Below are positions 40,872 through 50,130 of a stretch of 64,000 nucleotides of DNA, piece by piece (within the stretch, counting starts at the first letter, position 1; the number at the start of each line of letters is the position of its first letter). The DNA lies in NCBI GenBank assembly GCA_965202985.1, contig CBDBCF010000001.1, positions 1,248,001 to 1,312,000 of the forward strand, read 5' to 3'. The notes beneath the pieces are model-generated. The model had not been told where the DNA came from. It saw only the letters and a list, made by a program, of their open reading frames with translations, and made no database searches. A program made the position numbers and the translations under genes. Origin of the DNA: Longimicrobiales bacterium. Its GTDB lineage: Bacteria > Gemmatimonadota > Gemmatimonadetes > Longimicrobiales > Gaopeijiaceae.

Positions 40872-42106
40872 CGAGCTCCCTGAGTCGGCATGCTTTCCAA
40901 AGGCACGGTGTGGCTTCCCGATCGCTTATACCACCAATCCTTCAGCCATTGGGAGCAAAAGCGGTATGCGTCGCCGTCAGGCTCCAAGTAGCCGTCATGG
41001 ACCAGTATGTCGATGATCGTCGTGATGCGCTTGTTCGCTTGTTCAGGGGAGCCAGCGTACGCGCGTTTCAACGCGGTTCGGGCGGCAGGCGAGAAGCTGC
41101 CTTGGATCGCCGCCTCCCCGAGGATCCGACAGGCAATCTCGTGGTCGAGACCGTCTCCGACGGCATCCTTCAGTCGTGTGTCGTAGTGCAACAAGTCCGT
41201 CTGGCCGACGGGTCCAAGCATTTCGGTTTGGTAGATGCACTCCACGTCTTCGGTTCTGATTTTGCCGGCGCCTCGCACCTCGGGCGATTGCCGCAGGCGT
41301 GCGAAGAAGCACTGGATGTGCTGGGGAATACCGATGCCGAGCCGGTTGTAGACGGCACCGGCAACTCCTTGCTCTAGCTCAAGACCATAGTGGGCGGCAA
41401 GGCGTCGGAAGCACTCTTCGCTGTCGGCGCGGTTCCACGGTCCCAGACGGAAGGGGTGTAGGTAGTTGATTCGATCCGGCAACCGGAGGCGCTGTACGAG
41501 CGGGACAAGGCCGATGCTTCCTGAGACCAGCAGGACCGGCGAAGGACCGACGACTTTCTGGAACGCTCCACGCAGCCAACTCAGGAACACGTCGACACGG
41601 TGGGCGCCCTTGTTTTGGCGGAGCAGACGAGTCAGGAATATGGGCAGCTCGTCGATGACCAGCAGGACAGGACTGTCGTGGTGGGCGCAAAGCGCGATCA
41701 GGTCGTCGCCTCGACTTTGCCAAGTCCCCTCGGTTAGGCTGGCGCGGAACTTGATTCGAAAGTCGTAAGCTCCGATTTCTTCAACCTTGCCGAACATCTG
41801 GCCGAGCCATCGCCCGGACGACTCGACAAGGCGTTTGCGGATGGATGTGCACGGGTAGACGGCCTCTGCGACCCTTGCGATCACGTCTTCCTCGGATTCG
41901 GCCCCCTCGACATCCGTGAACAGGCAGGTCCATCCTTGCTGCAACCGCTCCCCAAGCATCTGGGCCAGGCTGGTCTTTCCCATTCGGCGCTGGCCGGTGA
42001 GCAGAACGTGGTTGCCGTCGCGCACGAGCTGCTCCAGGCGCTCCAGCTCGTCGGTTCGGTCGAAGAAGTTGTCGCCGCTTACCCAGCGACCGGTAGATGA
42101 TTGCAT
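40868..42106 (-). CDS. STAND/archaeal-ATPase-like P-loop NTPase with C-terminal winged helix
   Basis: FFDR..E, GQRRMGKTS, LLVIDELP, SGSIG, GIP; ATGA overlap with downstream gene; start ATG 42106 (frame open to 42328). Confidence 0.85.
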   Translation of the reverse strand: MQSSTGRWVSGDNFFDRTDELERLEQLVRDGNHVLLTGQRRMGKTSLAQMLGERLQQGWTCLFTDVEGAESEEDVIARVAEAVYPCTSIRKRLVESSGRWLGQMFGKVEEIGAYDFRIKFRASLTEGTWQSRGDDLIALCAHHDSPVLLVIDELPIFLTRLLRQNKGAHRVDVFLSWLRGAFQKVVGPSPVLLVSGSIGLVPLVQRLRLPDRINYLHPFRLGPWNRADSEECFRRLAAHYGLELEQGVAGAVYNRLGIGIPQHIQCFFARLRQSPEVRGAGKIRTEDVECIYQTEMLGPVGQTDLLHYDTRLKDAVGDGLDHEIACRILGEAAIQGSFSPAARTALKRAYAGSPEQANKRITTIIDILVHDGYLEPDGDAYRFCSQWLKDWWYKRSGSHTVPLESMPTQGAR

Positions 42107-42184
42107 GCTGGCAGTCCTCTCGTGTTCGGCGTTGTACGAGCATCCGCGGTGGCCGGACATCCGGCTCGTTCTCCGGGTCGTTGA

Positions 42185-42213
42185 AGGATAGCGGTCAGCA
42201 AGCTCGCTGTCAA
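42185..42213 (-). promoter_or_regulatory. Sigma70-type promoter for the ATPase pair
   Basis: Minus strand TTGACA-N17-TATCCT, about 80 bp upstream of ATG 42106. Confidence 0.7.
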
Positions 42214-42257
42214 CAATCTTGCTGTCAGCAGTTTTGCTGTCATCGGATTCGCTGAAT
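42191..42257. repeat. 15-bp-period direct repeats of GCTGTCA (TGACAGC on minus)
   Basis: gcggtca 42191, gctgtca 42206, 42221, 42236, degenerate gctgaat 42251. Confidence 0.85.
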
Positions 42258-42360
42258 CTGCGGAGGCCAAGGGAGATCGGAGCCACCGTCGCCGACTGGC
42301 CCCGTTCGTCCCCGGTGACGCCGGTCATTCGCCCCTGGCGGGCCAGTCGCCAGGCGGCTC

Positions 42361-42400
42361 TGACAGATTCTTTGACAGATTCTACCCATTATCTGTCAAA
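42361..42400. promoter_or_regulatory. Inverted repeat TTTGACAGAT-N10-ATCTGTCAAA plus extra direct copy TGACAGAT; putative operator
   Basis: Perfect 10-bp arms 42371-42380 and 42391-42400; AT-rich patch in GC-rich DNA. Confidence 0.65.
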
Positions 42401-42603
42401 CGGACACCGGCACGGCACGCTCGGATCGCGGAGGCGTTCGTGCCGCTTCGTGGCCAACAAGTTCGGCGCGGCCGGGGGCCGGGCAGCTGTCGGGCGTGAT
42501 CGGTGGGCTTGCGCGAACGCGACCAGCCGGATGCGGCGGCGGACGCCGTCATCGGGTGCGACACGGTCGCGGAGTCGCTGGCCCGGACTCGCGAACTAGC
42601 CGA

Positions 42604-45600
42604 CTAGCCGCCCGCCCTCCATGTGGCCGACAGCTTGATCCGGCGGCCTCGGGCGCTGTGCGTGAAGGCGTCGAAAGCGTGTTCCCAGGCCACGAACGGC
42701 GCGGGAGTGTCCAGCACGTTGGCGACGGCGAGGGCGATGTCGAAGCCTCGGCCGGTGCGCCGCAACAGGCTCGCGTCCCAGGTGACGACGCGCGGGATCG
42801 TCTCCCACCGGGTGCCGACGAACTCCTCGTTGGTGTAGGACGAGACGGCGCTGATCCAGTTGACGAAGCTGTAGTCGCCTCGGTGAATCCCGGCCGAGAA
42901 CCGTGTCTTCCATTGCGGCAACGGCGGTGCCACCGGGTTGAACCAGTTCAGACGCCCCTCCGCCGACTGCGCGGCGAAGAGCTCGGCGCCGTTCACCTGC
43001 AGCGCCTTGACGCGGTAACGGCGCGTGTAGGTCCCGTCCGTGCCCAGAGAAACGACGCCCTGCCCTGCGGGAAGCCGCGCGCTCACGTGCCAATCGACCC
43101 CCGATGTGCTGGCGCCGGGCCAGTTCACGAGCCCCACTCGTATTCGCTCGATGTCCGTGGATGCGCACGTGCCGGTGCCCTGTCCATCCGGGCAGCTGAC
43201 GAACTCCTTGACGGCGTCCCGCAAGACGCCCCCGGCGTGGTACAACCTTGTCACTCCGGCGTAGGGCAGCACGTCGATCAGGTTGCGAAAGTCGTAGCTC
43301 CAGTAGTCCACGGCGGCCCGCATTCGAGACGACTGAACGCTGACGCCGACGTTGTACGTGAACGCCTGCTCGGGCGCTAGATCGGGGTTGCCGAAGTTGT
43401 CGGTGGCCCGCCACGCCTCGGCCTCGGGCACGTACACGGTCGCCGTGTTCTGGTGCTCGTTCACGTCGTCCACCGAAGGCGCACGAAAGGTCGTCTGCAC
43501 CGACGCGCGCAACGCCAGCGCATCGAACAGCTGCACGCGCAGCGCCAGCCTGGGGTCGAAGCTGCCGGCCAAGTCGTGGAACTCGTAGTTGGCGGCCGCC
43601 TGGGCGCTGATCCTGTCGCCGAACGTCAAGGGAACTTCGGCGAAGAACCGATGCACGGTCTGTGACGCGTCGTCCGGATAGAAGCCGTTGATGAGGCTGA
43701 ACGGGCCGATCTTTTCGCTGCAGCTCTGGTCGCCCAGCACGGGACACGGGTTGATCGACAGGTTGCCTGCGTCGTTGGGTTGCGCGGAGACGCCGAACCA
43801 GCGGAACTGGTATCCGGCCGCAAAGTTGGCCACGTCCTCCGCAAGTGTGCCTCTCACCATGGCGTCGGCAACCGCCAAGTTGGTCTTGCTCCGCAGATCG
43901 ACCTCGTCGAAGAGCCACGTCCGCAACTCGGGCGGGTTGGCCAGCGACGCCACGTAGCCTGGGTTCGCCCGCGTCTCGAACGGCGCTCCGGGTTGTTGCG
44001 AGTATTGGACGGCGCTGCTGAAGGGGTTGTAGTACATGCATCCGCCTTGCCCCGCCACCGCTCCGTTCAGCGGCCCCAACGCCATGCCGGAAGGGCTCGA
44101 CGCGTCCGGTACGACGAGCACGCCGCACTCCGGGCCGCCGAAGCCCCGAAACGCCAGGAACCGCCGGTGGGCGTACTCGGCGGGTAGGCTCACGTTGCCG
44201 GTGGCCCGCGAGTAGCCGACCGCCGCTTCGAGCACCAAGTCGTCTCCGGCCAAGGTGCCCGCGGTCCGACTGGCGGAAGCCGCGACGCGCAACGCCTGCG
44301 ACCCGCGCGACACCACGCGGGCGGGACCGCTGTTGCCGATCGTGCGCCCGTAGAAGTACCAGTCGCCTTCCAGGCACTCGGCGGTGGACGCGAATCCGGC
44401 GACGGCGGCTTCGTTGTTGCAGAAGTGCCGGCGTCCGGGGTTGCCCGGCGCCACTAGGTGCGCGCCGTCGTACTGGTAGATGGGCGCGAACGAGGGCGTG
44501 GTGGACCACTTCGGCGTCGCCGTTCGGGCGAACAGCGCCTCCAGGTGATAGTCTCCGCCGTCTCCCCATGCGCCGTTGAGTTCGCCGAAAGCCCGAACGT
44601 ATCTGGACGCCTGCTGCAAGTCGTCCCAGGCCTGATAGCGCATCCGGCAGGTCTCTTCTTCGAGATGGCCCCCGAAGTCTTGGCAAGCCGGGTCCACGAA
44701 CACGCGACCGCCGAACTGCGCCTTGCGCAGGGCTGCCGCAAACTCCTTGGGGGACTCGTCGCCGCCGAGCTCCGGGAAGAGGAACGCGCCCGGATTGCCC
44801 ACGAACGACCAGCCGCCGGCGCCGGAGACGAAGGGCGCAAGAGCGAACTCACGATCCCGAACCTTCAGGTATTGCGTCTGCAACGCTTCCGCAGAGACCA
44901 CGACGTGAGCGTTCTCGCCCAGCGGCCGGCCCCAGATGCCAGCGATGCTCGTGGCGCCGGAAGCGGCGTAGTATTCGTGCGCGGCGACGAACTCCACGCC
45001 TTCGAAATCGCTCCGCGTGAGAAAATTGGTCACGCCCGCCACGGCGTCGGAGCCGTACACAGCGGACGCGCCTTCCTTCAGGACTTCGATCCGGTCGAGC
45101 GAAATCGACGGAAACGAGTTCACGTCCACGAACCGGCCCCCGTACATCCGCACCGGCACGTAGGTGTGCCGTCGGCCGTTGAGCAGCACGAGCGTGCGCG
45201 AAGGCCCAAGGCCGCGAAGGTTCACGCTGGCGATCGTCTCGGGCACGGCGGCGGGCTGGGCCGTGTTGGCGAAGCTGTGCCGTTCGCCCAACGCGCCGTG
45301 GCTGGCGCTCAGGTTCTTGAAGAAGTCGGTGGCCTGGGGCGACCCCTGTTCGGCCAAGGTTCGGCGGCTGGAAACCGCGACCGAGTACGGCAAGGTGACC
45401 GGCGACTCCTCGAAGGCCGTGCCCGTCACCACGATCTCGACCAGTTCCAGCGCCGTGGAGTGGAGCCGCACGTCGACGGCAACGGTCTCGCCCGCCACGA
45501 CGATCACGGTTCGGACCACGCTCGCGAACCCGATCAGCTCCACATGGAGCTCCCGCGTGCCTGCCCCGACGCCGGGCAGCACGAACCGACCGCCTTCCCT

Positions 45601-45825
45601 GGACAGCACTCCGGTTCCCAGGACCGGGACGTGCACCTGGGCCGACGACAGCGGCGCGCCGGTGCCTGCGTCGGAAACCGTGCCGACAATGGTTCCGGTT
45701 TGGGCGCGCGCCTGCGAAGTCGCGGTTCCCAACGCCGCAGTGGAAGCAACGGAAGCAACCACCGAAAGGAGCAGCCGCTTGGCCGAAAGAGCCGGCCGCG
45801 GAGCTTTGCGCCCAGGCATTCGCAT
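42604..45825 (-). CDS. TonB-dependent receptor, no SusD partner
   Basis: VNLRGLG..RTLVLLNGRR, RIEVLKEGASAVYGSDAVAGVTNF, GNPDLAPE. Confidence 0.93.
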   Translation of the reverse strand: MRMPGRKAPRPALSAKRLLLSVVASVASTAALGTATSQARAQTGTIVGTVSDAGTGAPLSSAQVHVPVLGTGVLSREGGRFVLPGVGAGTRELHVELIGFASVVRTVIVVAGETVAVDVRLHSTALELVEIVVTGTAFEESPVTLPYSVAVSSRRTLAEQGSPQATDFFKNLSASHGALGERHSFANTAQPAAVPETIASVNLRGLGPSRTLVLLNGRRHTYVPVRMYGGRFVDVNSFPSISLDRIEVLKEGASAVYGSDAVAGVTNFLTRSDFEGVEFVAAHEYYAASGATSIAGIWGRPLGENAHVVVSAEALQTQYLKVRDREFALAPFVSGAGGWSFVGNPGAFLFPELGGDESPKEFAAALRKAQFGGRVFVDPACQDFGGHLEEETCRMRYQAWDDLQQASRYVRAFGELNGAWGDGGDYHLEALFARTATPKWSTTPSFAPIYQYDGAHLVAPGNPGRRHFCNNEAAVAGFASTAECLEGDWYFYGRTIGNSGPARVVSRGSQALRVAASASRTAGTLAGDDLVLEAAVGYSRATGNVSLPAEYAHRRFLAFRGFGGPECGVLVVPDASSPSGMALGPLNGAVAGQGGCMYYNPFSSAVQYSQQPGAPFETRANPGYVASLANPPELRTWLFDEVDLRSKTNLAVADAMVRGTLAEDVANFAAGYQFRWFGVSAQPNDAGNLSINPCPVLGDQSCSEKIGPFSLINGFYPDDASQTVHRFFAEVPLTFGDRISAQAAANYEFHDLAGSFDPRLALRVQLFDALALRASVQTTFRAPSVDDVNEHQNTATVYVPEAEAWRATDNFGNPDLAPEQAFTYNVGVSVQSSRMRAAVDYWSYDFRNLIDVLPYAGVTRLYHAGGVLRDAVKEFVSCPDGQGTGTCASTDIERIRVGLVNWPGASTSGVDWHVSARLPAGQGVVSLGTDGTYTRRYRVKALQVNGAELFAAQSAEGRLNWFNPVAPPLPQWKTRFSAGIHRGDYSFVNWISAVSSYTNEEFVGTRWETIPRVVTWDASLLRRTGRGFDIALAVANVLDTPAPFVAWEHAFDAFTHSARGRRIKLSATWRAGG

Positions 45826-45908
45826 AGACGGCTCCCTTTGGTCTCCGGCACACCGGCCCGATGGGGCGGGGAAAGGCGGCGCGCCTTGCGCTTCGCCGGT
45901 TCACTGGG

Positions 45909-45970
45909 ATTGTAGCGCCGTCGCAAAGCAAGCGTCAACGTTGACGGGAGCGGCCGGAACACCGTACGGT
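45909..45970. promoter_or_regulatory. Back-to-back sigma70 promoters sharing palindrome CGTCAACGTTGACG
   Basis: Minus: TTGACG-N18-TACAAT (45938-45909); plus: TTGACG-N18-TACGGT (45941-45970). Confidence 0.65.
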
Positions 45971-45978
45971 TTTCTCCG

Positions 45979-48900
45979 ATGAACGCCCGCTTCTTCGAAC
46001 AGCCCGTCCTCAACTCGCCCTACTCGGCGCCGGACCGCCACTGGCGCCTGGACGGCGACGGGCAACCCACCCACGAGATCGTCGCCAGCCGACGGCCCGC
46101 CGACTTCGCGACGCCCGTTCCCAAGCCGCGCCGCGCCGGCAGGGGCACCACGGGCACGGTCGTGGGCTCGGATCAGGCGATGCTGGTGCTGGACGAAGGG
46201 CGGGGCCTCTCCACCGCCGACCAGCAGTACCAGAAGGACGTGATCAACCGCGTGCGCGACCACGTGACCCGCTGGCGGGCCATCCCGGACCCCAACGACT
46301 GGCGCGTCACGCCCGAGACGGCGCGCATCCTGCGCCACTGGCGGTCGCACCGGTTCAGCGGCGTCCGCCCGTTCTTCTGCCAAGTAGAGGCCGCCGAGAC
46401 GGTCGTGTGGTTCACGGAGGTGGCGCAGCGAACCAAGGCGGGGCGCGAACTGCTCCAACACATGGAAGACGCCAGCCGCGACGCCAACCCGGACCTCTCC
46501 CGACTGGCGCTCAAGCTGGCGACCGGCGCTGGCAAGACCACGGTCATGGCCATGCTCGTCGCGTGGCAGACGATCAACGCCGTGCGCCATCCCGGCAGCC
46601 CGCGGTTCACGCGAGGGTTCCTGGTCGTCGCACCGGGCATCACGATCCGCGACCGCCTGCGCGTGCTGCTTCCCCACGACCCGAACAGCTACTACAAGTC
46701 CCGCGAACTGGTGCCGGCCGACATGCAGCGCGACCTGGACCGCGCCAAGATCGTGATCACCAACTGGCACGCCTTCATCCAGCGCGAGAAGATGAAGCTG
46801 TCGAGGGGCGGGCGGGCGCTCCTGCAAGGAAGGGGCAAGGGGCCGGCGATCCGCACTACGGAAACCGAAGGCCAGATGCTCCAGCGCGTGATGCCCGAAC
46901 TGATGGGCATGAAGCGCGTCATGGTCTTCAACGACGAGGGGCACCACTGCTACCGGGAGAGGCCGCCGGAAGCCAGCGAGGAGGGCCGTCTCCAGGGCGA
47001 CGACCTGCAGGAGGCCAAGAGAAACAAGGAAGCGGCCCGCGTTTGGATTTCGGGCCTGGAGGCGGTGCAGCGCAAGCTGGGCGTCCTGCGCGTCGTGGAC
47101 CTGTCGGCGACGCCGTTCTTCCTGCGCGGATCGGGCTACGCCGAAGGCACCCTCTTCCCATGGACGATGAGCGACTTCTCGCTCATGGACGCCATCGAGT
47201 CCGGCATCGTCAAGCTGCCCCGAGTGCCGATCGCCGACAACATTCCCGGCGGCGACATGCCCAAGTTCCGCAACCTGTGGGAGCACATCGGCAAGAAGAT
47301 GCCCAAGAAGGGACGAGGCAAGAACGCCTCCCCTTTGGACCCCCGCAATCTGCCCGTGCAACTCCAGACTGCCCTGGACGCCCTCTACGGCAACTACGAG
47401 AAGGTCTTCGAGCTGTGGAAGCAGGCCGATACCGAGGTGCCGCCCTGCTTCATCATCGTGTGCAACAATACGTCCACGTCGAAGCTCGTGTTCGACTACG
47501 TCTCCGGCTTCCTTATGCCGGACTCGGACAAGGGCGGCCAGCGGCTGCACAACGGCCGTCTCCCCCTCTTCCGGAACTTCGACGAGAACGGCGTTCGCTA
47601 CTCCCGCCCCCGCACGCTGCTCATCGACAGCGAGCAACTCGAGTCCGGCGAAGCATTGGACACCAGCTTCCGCAAGGCCGCCTCCTCCGAGATCGAGCAG
47701 TTCCGGCGCGAGATCGTCCAGCGCACCGGCGATCGTCGGCAAGCCGAGAACCTGTCCGACTCCGACATCCTGCGCGAGGTCATGAATACGGTCGGCAAGG
47801 CGGGCCGGCTGGGCGGCGGCATCCGCTGCGTGGTGTCGGTGTCGATGCTCACCGAGGGCTGGGACGCCAACAACGTCACGCACGTGCTGGGCGTCCGCGC
47901 CTTCGGAACCCAGCTGCTGTGCGAGCAGGTCGTGGGCCGGGCGCTCCGGCGGCAGTCCTACGACCTGAACGACGACGACCGATTCAACGTCGAGTACGCC
48001 GACGTGCTGGGCATCCCCTTCGACTTCACCGCCGAGCCCGTGGTAGCGCCGCCCCAGCCGCCCCGGGAGACGGTCGAAGTGCGGGCAGTGGTTCCCGAGC
48101 GCAACGCCTGCGAACTCCGCTTTCCCCGAGTGCAGGGCTATCGCGTGGAGCTTCCCGAGGAGCAGCTGTCCGCCACCTTCGACGACCACTCGACCTTGGA
48201 ACTCACGCCTGAGCTGGTCGGCCCTACGCGAACCCACAACCAGGGCATCATCGGCAAGGGCGTGGACCTGACGTTGGAAGGGTTGGAGAACGTGCGCACG
48301 AACACGCTCGCGTACGAACTCACCTGGCGGCTGCTCGAGACCAAGTGGCGGGACGCCGACGAGGAGCCCAAGCTGTACCTGTTCGGCCAGCTAAAGCAGA
48401 TCACCCGTCGCTGGTTGGACAGCCATCTGGAGTGCACCGGCGGCACCTTCCCAGCCCAGCTCATGTACCAGGAGCTGGCCGACAGGGCCTGCGAACTCAT
48501 TCACCAGGGCATCGTGTCGCGCCACGAGGGCGACAGCCCGGTCAAGGCGATGCTGGACCCCTACAACCCCTGGGGCTCCACCGCCACCGTGCGCTTCACC
48601 ACGTCCAAGACCCGTCGCTGGAAGACCGCCGCCGACCTCTGCCACGTGAACTGGGCCGTCTGCGACAGCGACTGGGAGCTGGAGTTCTGCCGCGTGGCCG
48701 AGGCCGACCCCCGCGTCCGCGCCTACGTGAAGAACCAGGGACTGGGCCTGGAGGTCCCCTACCGCGACGGCTCGGTGTCGCGCATCTACGTTCCCGATTT
48801 TATCTTGCGGGTGGACGACGGCCGCGGCGCCGACGACCTTCTGAACCTGATCGTCGAGATCAAGGGCCGTCGCCGAGAGGACGCCAACGCCAAGAGGAAC

Positions 48901-49032
48901 GCCATGAACGCCTATTGGGTACCTGGGGTGAACAACCTGGGCGGCTTCGGCCGCTGGGCGTTCGCCGAGATCACGGAGGCGGGGACGATGGGAGAAGCGC
49001 TGGACGCGGCGATTGCGGGAGGGCTCGGATGA
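45979..49032 (+). CDS. res: Type III-like restriction endonuclease/helicase subunit (BPTD_3080-like)
   Basis: LATGAGKT, DEGHH, SATP, MLTEGWD, EQVVGRALRR; C-terminal PDF...EIKG PD-(D/E)xK. Confidence 0.9.
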   Translation: MNARFFEQPVLNSPYSAPDRHWRLDGDGQPTHEIVASRRPADFATPVPKPRRAGRGTTGTVVGSDQAMLVLDEGRGLSTADQQYQKDVINRVRDHVTRWRAIPDPNDWRVTPETARILRHWRSHRFSGVRPFFCQVEAAETVVWFTEVAQRTKAGRELLQHMEDASRDANPDLSRLALKLATGAGKTTVMAMLVAWQTINAVRHPGSPRFTRGFLVVAPGITIRDRLRVLLPHDPNSYYKSRELVPADMQRDLDRAKIVITNWHAFIQREKMKLSRGGRALLQGRGKGPAIRTTETEGQMLQRVMPELMGMKRVMVFNDEGHHCYRERPPEASEEGRLQGDDLQEAKRNKEAARVWISGLEAVQRKLGVLRVVDLSATPFFLRGSGYAEGTLFPWTMSDFSLMDAIESGIVKLPRVPIADNIPGGDMPKFRNLWEHIGKKMPKKGRGKNASPLDPRNLPVQLQTALDALYGNYEKVFELWKQADTEVPPCFIIVCNNTSTSKLVFDYVSGFLMPDSDKGGQRLHNGRLPLFRNFDENGVRYSRPRTLLIDSEQLESGEALDTSFRKAASSEIEQFRREIVQRTGDRRQAENLSDSDILREVMNTVGKAGRLGGGIRCVVSVSMLTEGWDANNVTHVLGVRAFGTQLLCEQVVGRALRRQSYDLNDDDRFNVEYADVLGIPFDFTAEPVVAPPQPPRETVEVRAVVPERNACELRFPRVQGYRVELPEEQLSATFDDHSTLELTPELVGPTRTHNQGIIGKGVDLTLEGLENVRTNTLAYELTWRLLETKWRDADEEPKLYLFGQLKQITRRWLDSHLECTGGTFPAQLMYQELADRACELIHQGIVSRHEGDSPVKAMLDPYNPWGSTATVRFTTSKTRRWKTAADLCHVNWAVCDSDWELEFCRVAEADPRVRAYVKNQGLGLEVPYRDGSVSRIYVPDFILRVDDGRGADDLLNLIVEIKGRRREDANAKRNAMNAYWVPGVNNLGGFGRWAFAEITEAGTMGEALDAAIAGGLG

Positions 49033-49658
49033 CGAGAGACGACATCGTGTTGGCCGGTATGGCCGCCGCCGGGCCAAGCACCAAGTTCGATGCGGTGCAG
49101 CTGCAAAAGCTCTTCTTTCTCATCGATCGGGAGATACCGCAGCTGATTGGAGGCCCGCACTTCGACTTCAGGCCCTATCACTACGGCCCTTTCGACAGAG
49201 CCGTCTACGACGTACTCGACGGCCTGCTGGAATCTGGCGATGCGTCCGTTGACACTTCCTCCCGATATCCTCGGTATTCCCTAACCGCTCCTGGCGCGCA
49301 ACGGGGCGTCCGCTTCCTCGAGGAGATGCACGACAGCGCGTCCCACTACATGAACGAGGCTAGCAACTGGGTAGTGGCCACACCTTTCCAGCCTTTGCTG
49401 GCCGCCATCTATCGGCAGTACCCCGACATGGCGCGAAACAGCGTCGTTCCCCACTTGGCCAAGCCACACGCTCGGGCCACATTCCGCTATCCAACGCCTT
49501 CGTTCGCGTCTGGAATGGCGAGGGCAATCGATCTCTTCGGCACGCTAGACGACCTCGAGACCACGATCGGTGATCCAGAGATTGACGCGTTGGCGACGTA
49601 CAACGATTGGCGTGCCGTCGGCGAAGACATCGAGGCCGCGATGGGCCGGACAGATTAG
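49029..49658 (+). CDS. SocA/Panacea/YwgA-like winged-helix protein with extra C-terminal module
   Basis: ATG 49029 overlaps res stop; LQKLFFL...F.PYHYGPF motif. Confidence 0.65.
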   Translation: MTRDDIVLAGMAAAGPSTKFDAVQLQKLFFLIDREIPQLIGGPHFDFRPYHYGPFDRAVYDVLDGLLESGDASVDTSSRYPRYSLTAPGAQRGVRFLEEMHDSASHYMNEASNWVVATPFQPLLAAIYRQYPDMARNSVVPHLAKPHARATFRYPTPSFASGMARAIDLFGTLDDLETTIGDPEIDALATYNDWRAVGEDIEAAMGRTD

Positions 49659-49660
49659 CC

Positions 49661-50129
49661 GTGGCCAGGCGACTCTACACCGACGCCGAGTTGGACGCCC
49701 TGCGAACGATGCGGAAGCGTGTCACGAATCCCGGAGCACGCTGGGTCCCCAAGCCCAAGAAAGAAACCTGGTCACCGCCAGCGAATCTTTCGTGCCTCGG
49801 CAGTCGACGAGGATCTGGAGTTCTTGATCTTCCAGAGGGAAGGCCTCATGGACAAGCTTGATTTTTCCTGTGGACTTGTCTGCGTTTCACGTGGCGACCG
49901 GCTGATACTGGCACGATACAATGGCCCGGGACATGAGCATGGCGACATCACGTTTCGTCCGCACATTCATCGTGCTACCGAACAAGCTATCGCTGACGGC
50001 TTACGACCGGATTCCCATGCGCAAGAAACCCATCGCTTTGACTCACTTCAGGGTGCTCTCGCCTGCTTGACCGTCGACTGCGCCGTAAGTGGTCTGCATG
50101 CACCGTCTGATCAACCCTCGTTGTTCTGA
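49661..50129 (+). pseudogene. Frameshifted conserved hypothetical (DUF6978-like, His-rich HEH...PHIH)
   Basis: GTG 49661 frame MARRLYTDAEL...WVPKPKK; continues in +1 frame KPGHRQRIFR...LARYNGPGHEH..PHIH; break near 49760. Confidence 0.65.
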
Positions 50130-50130
50130 T

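Noticed and set aside
45826..45908. Cobalamin or other riboswitch ahead of the TonB receptor
   Set aside because: Leader is only about 75 nt from the predicted promoter and I see no B12-box or other aptamer consensus
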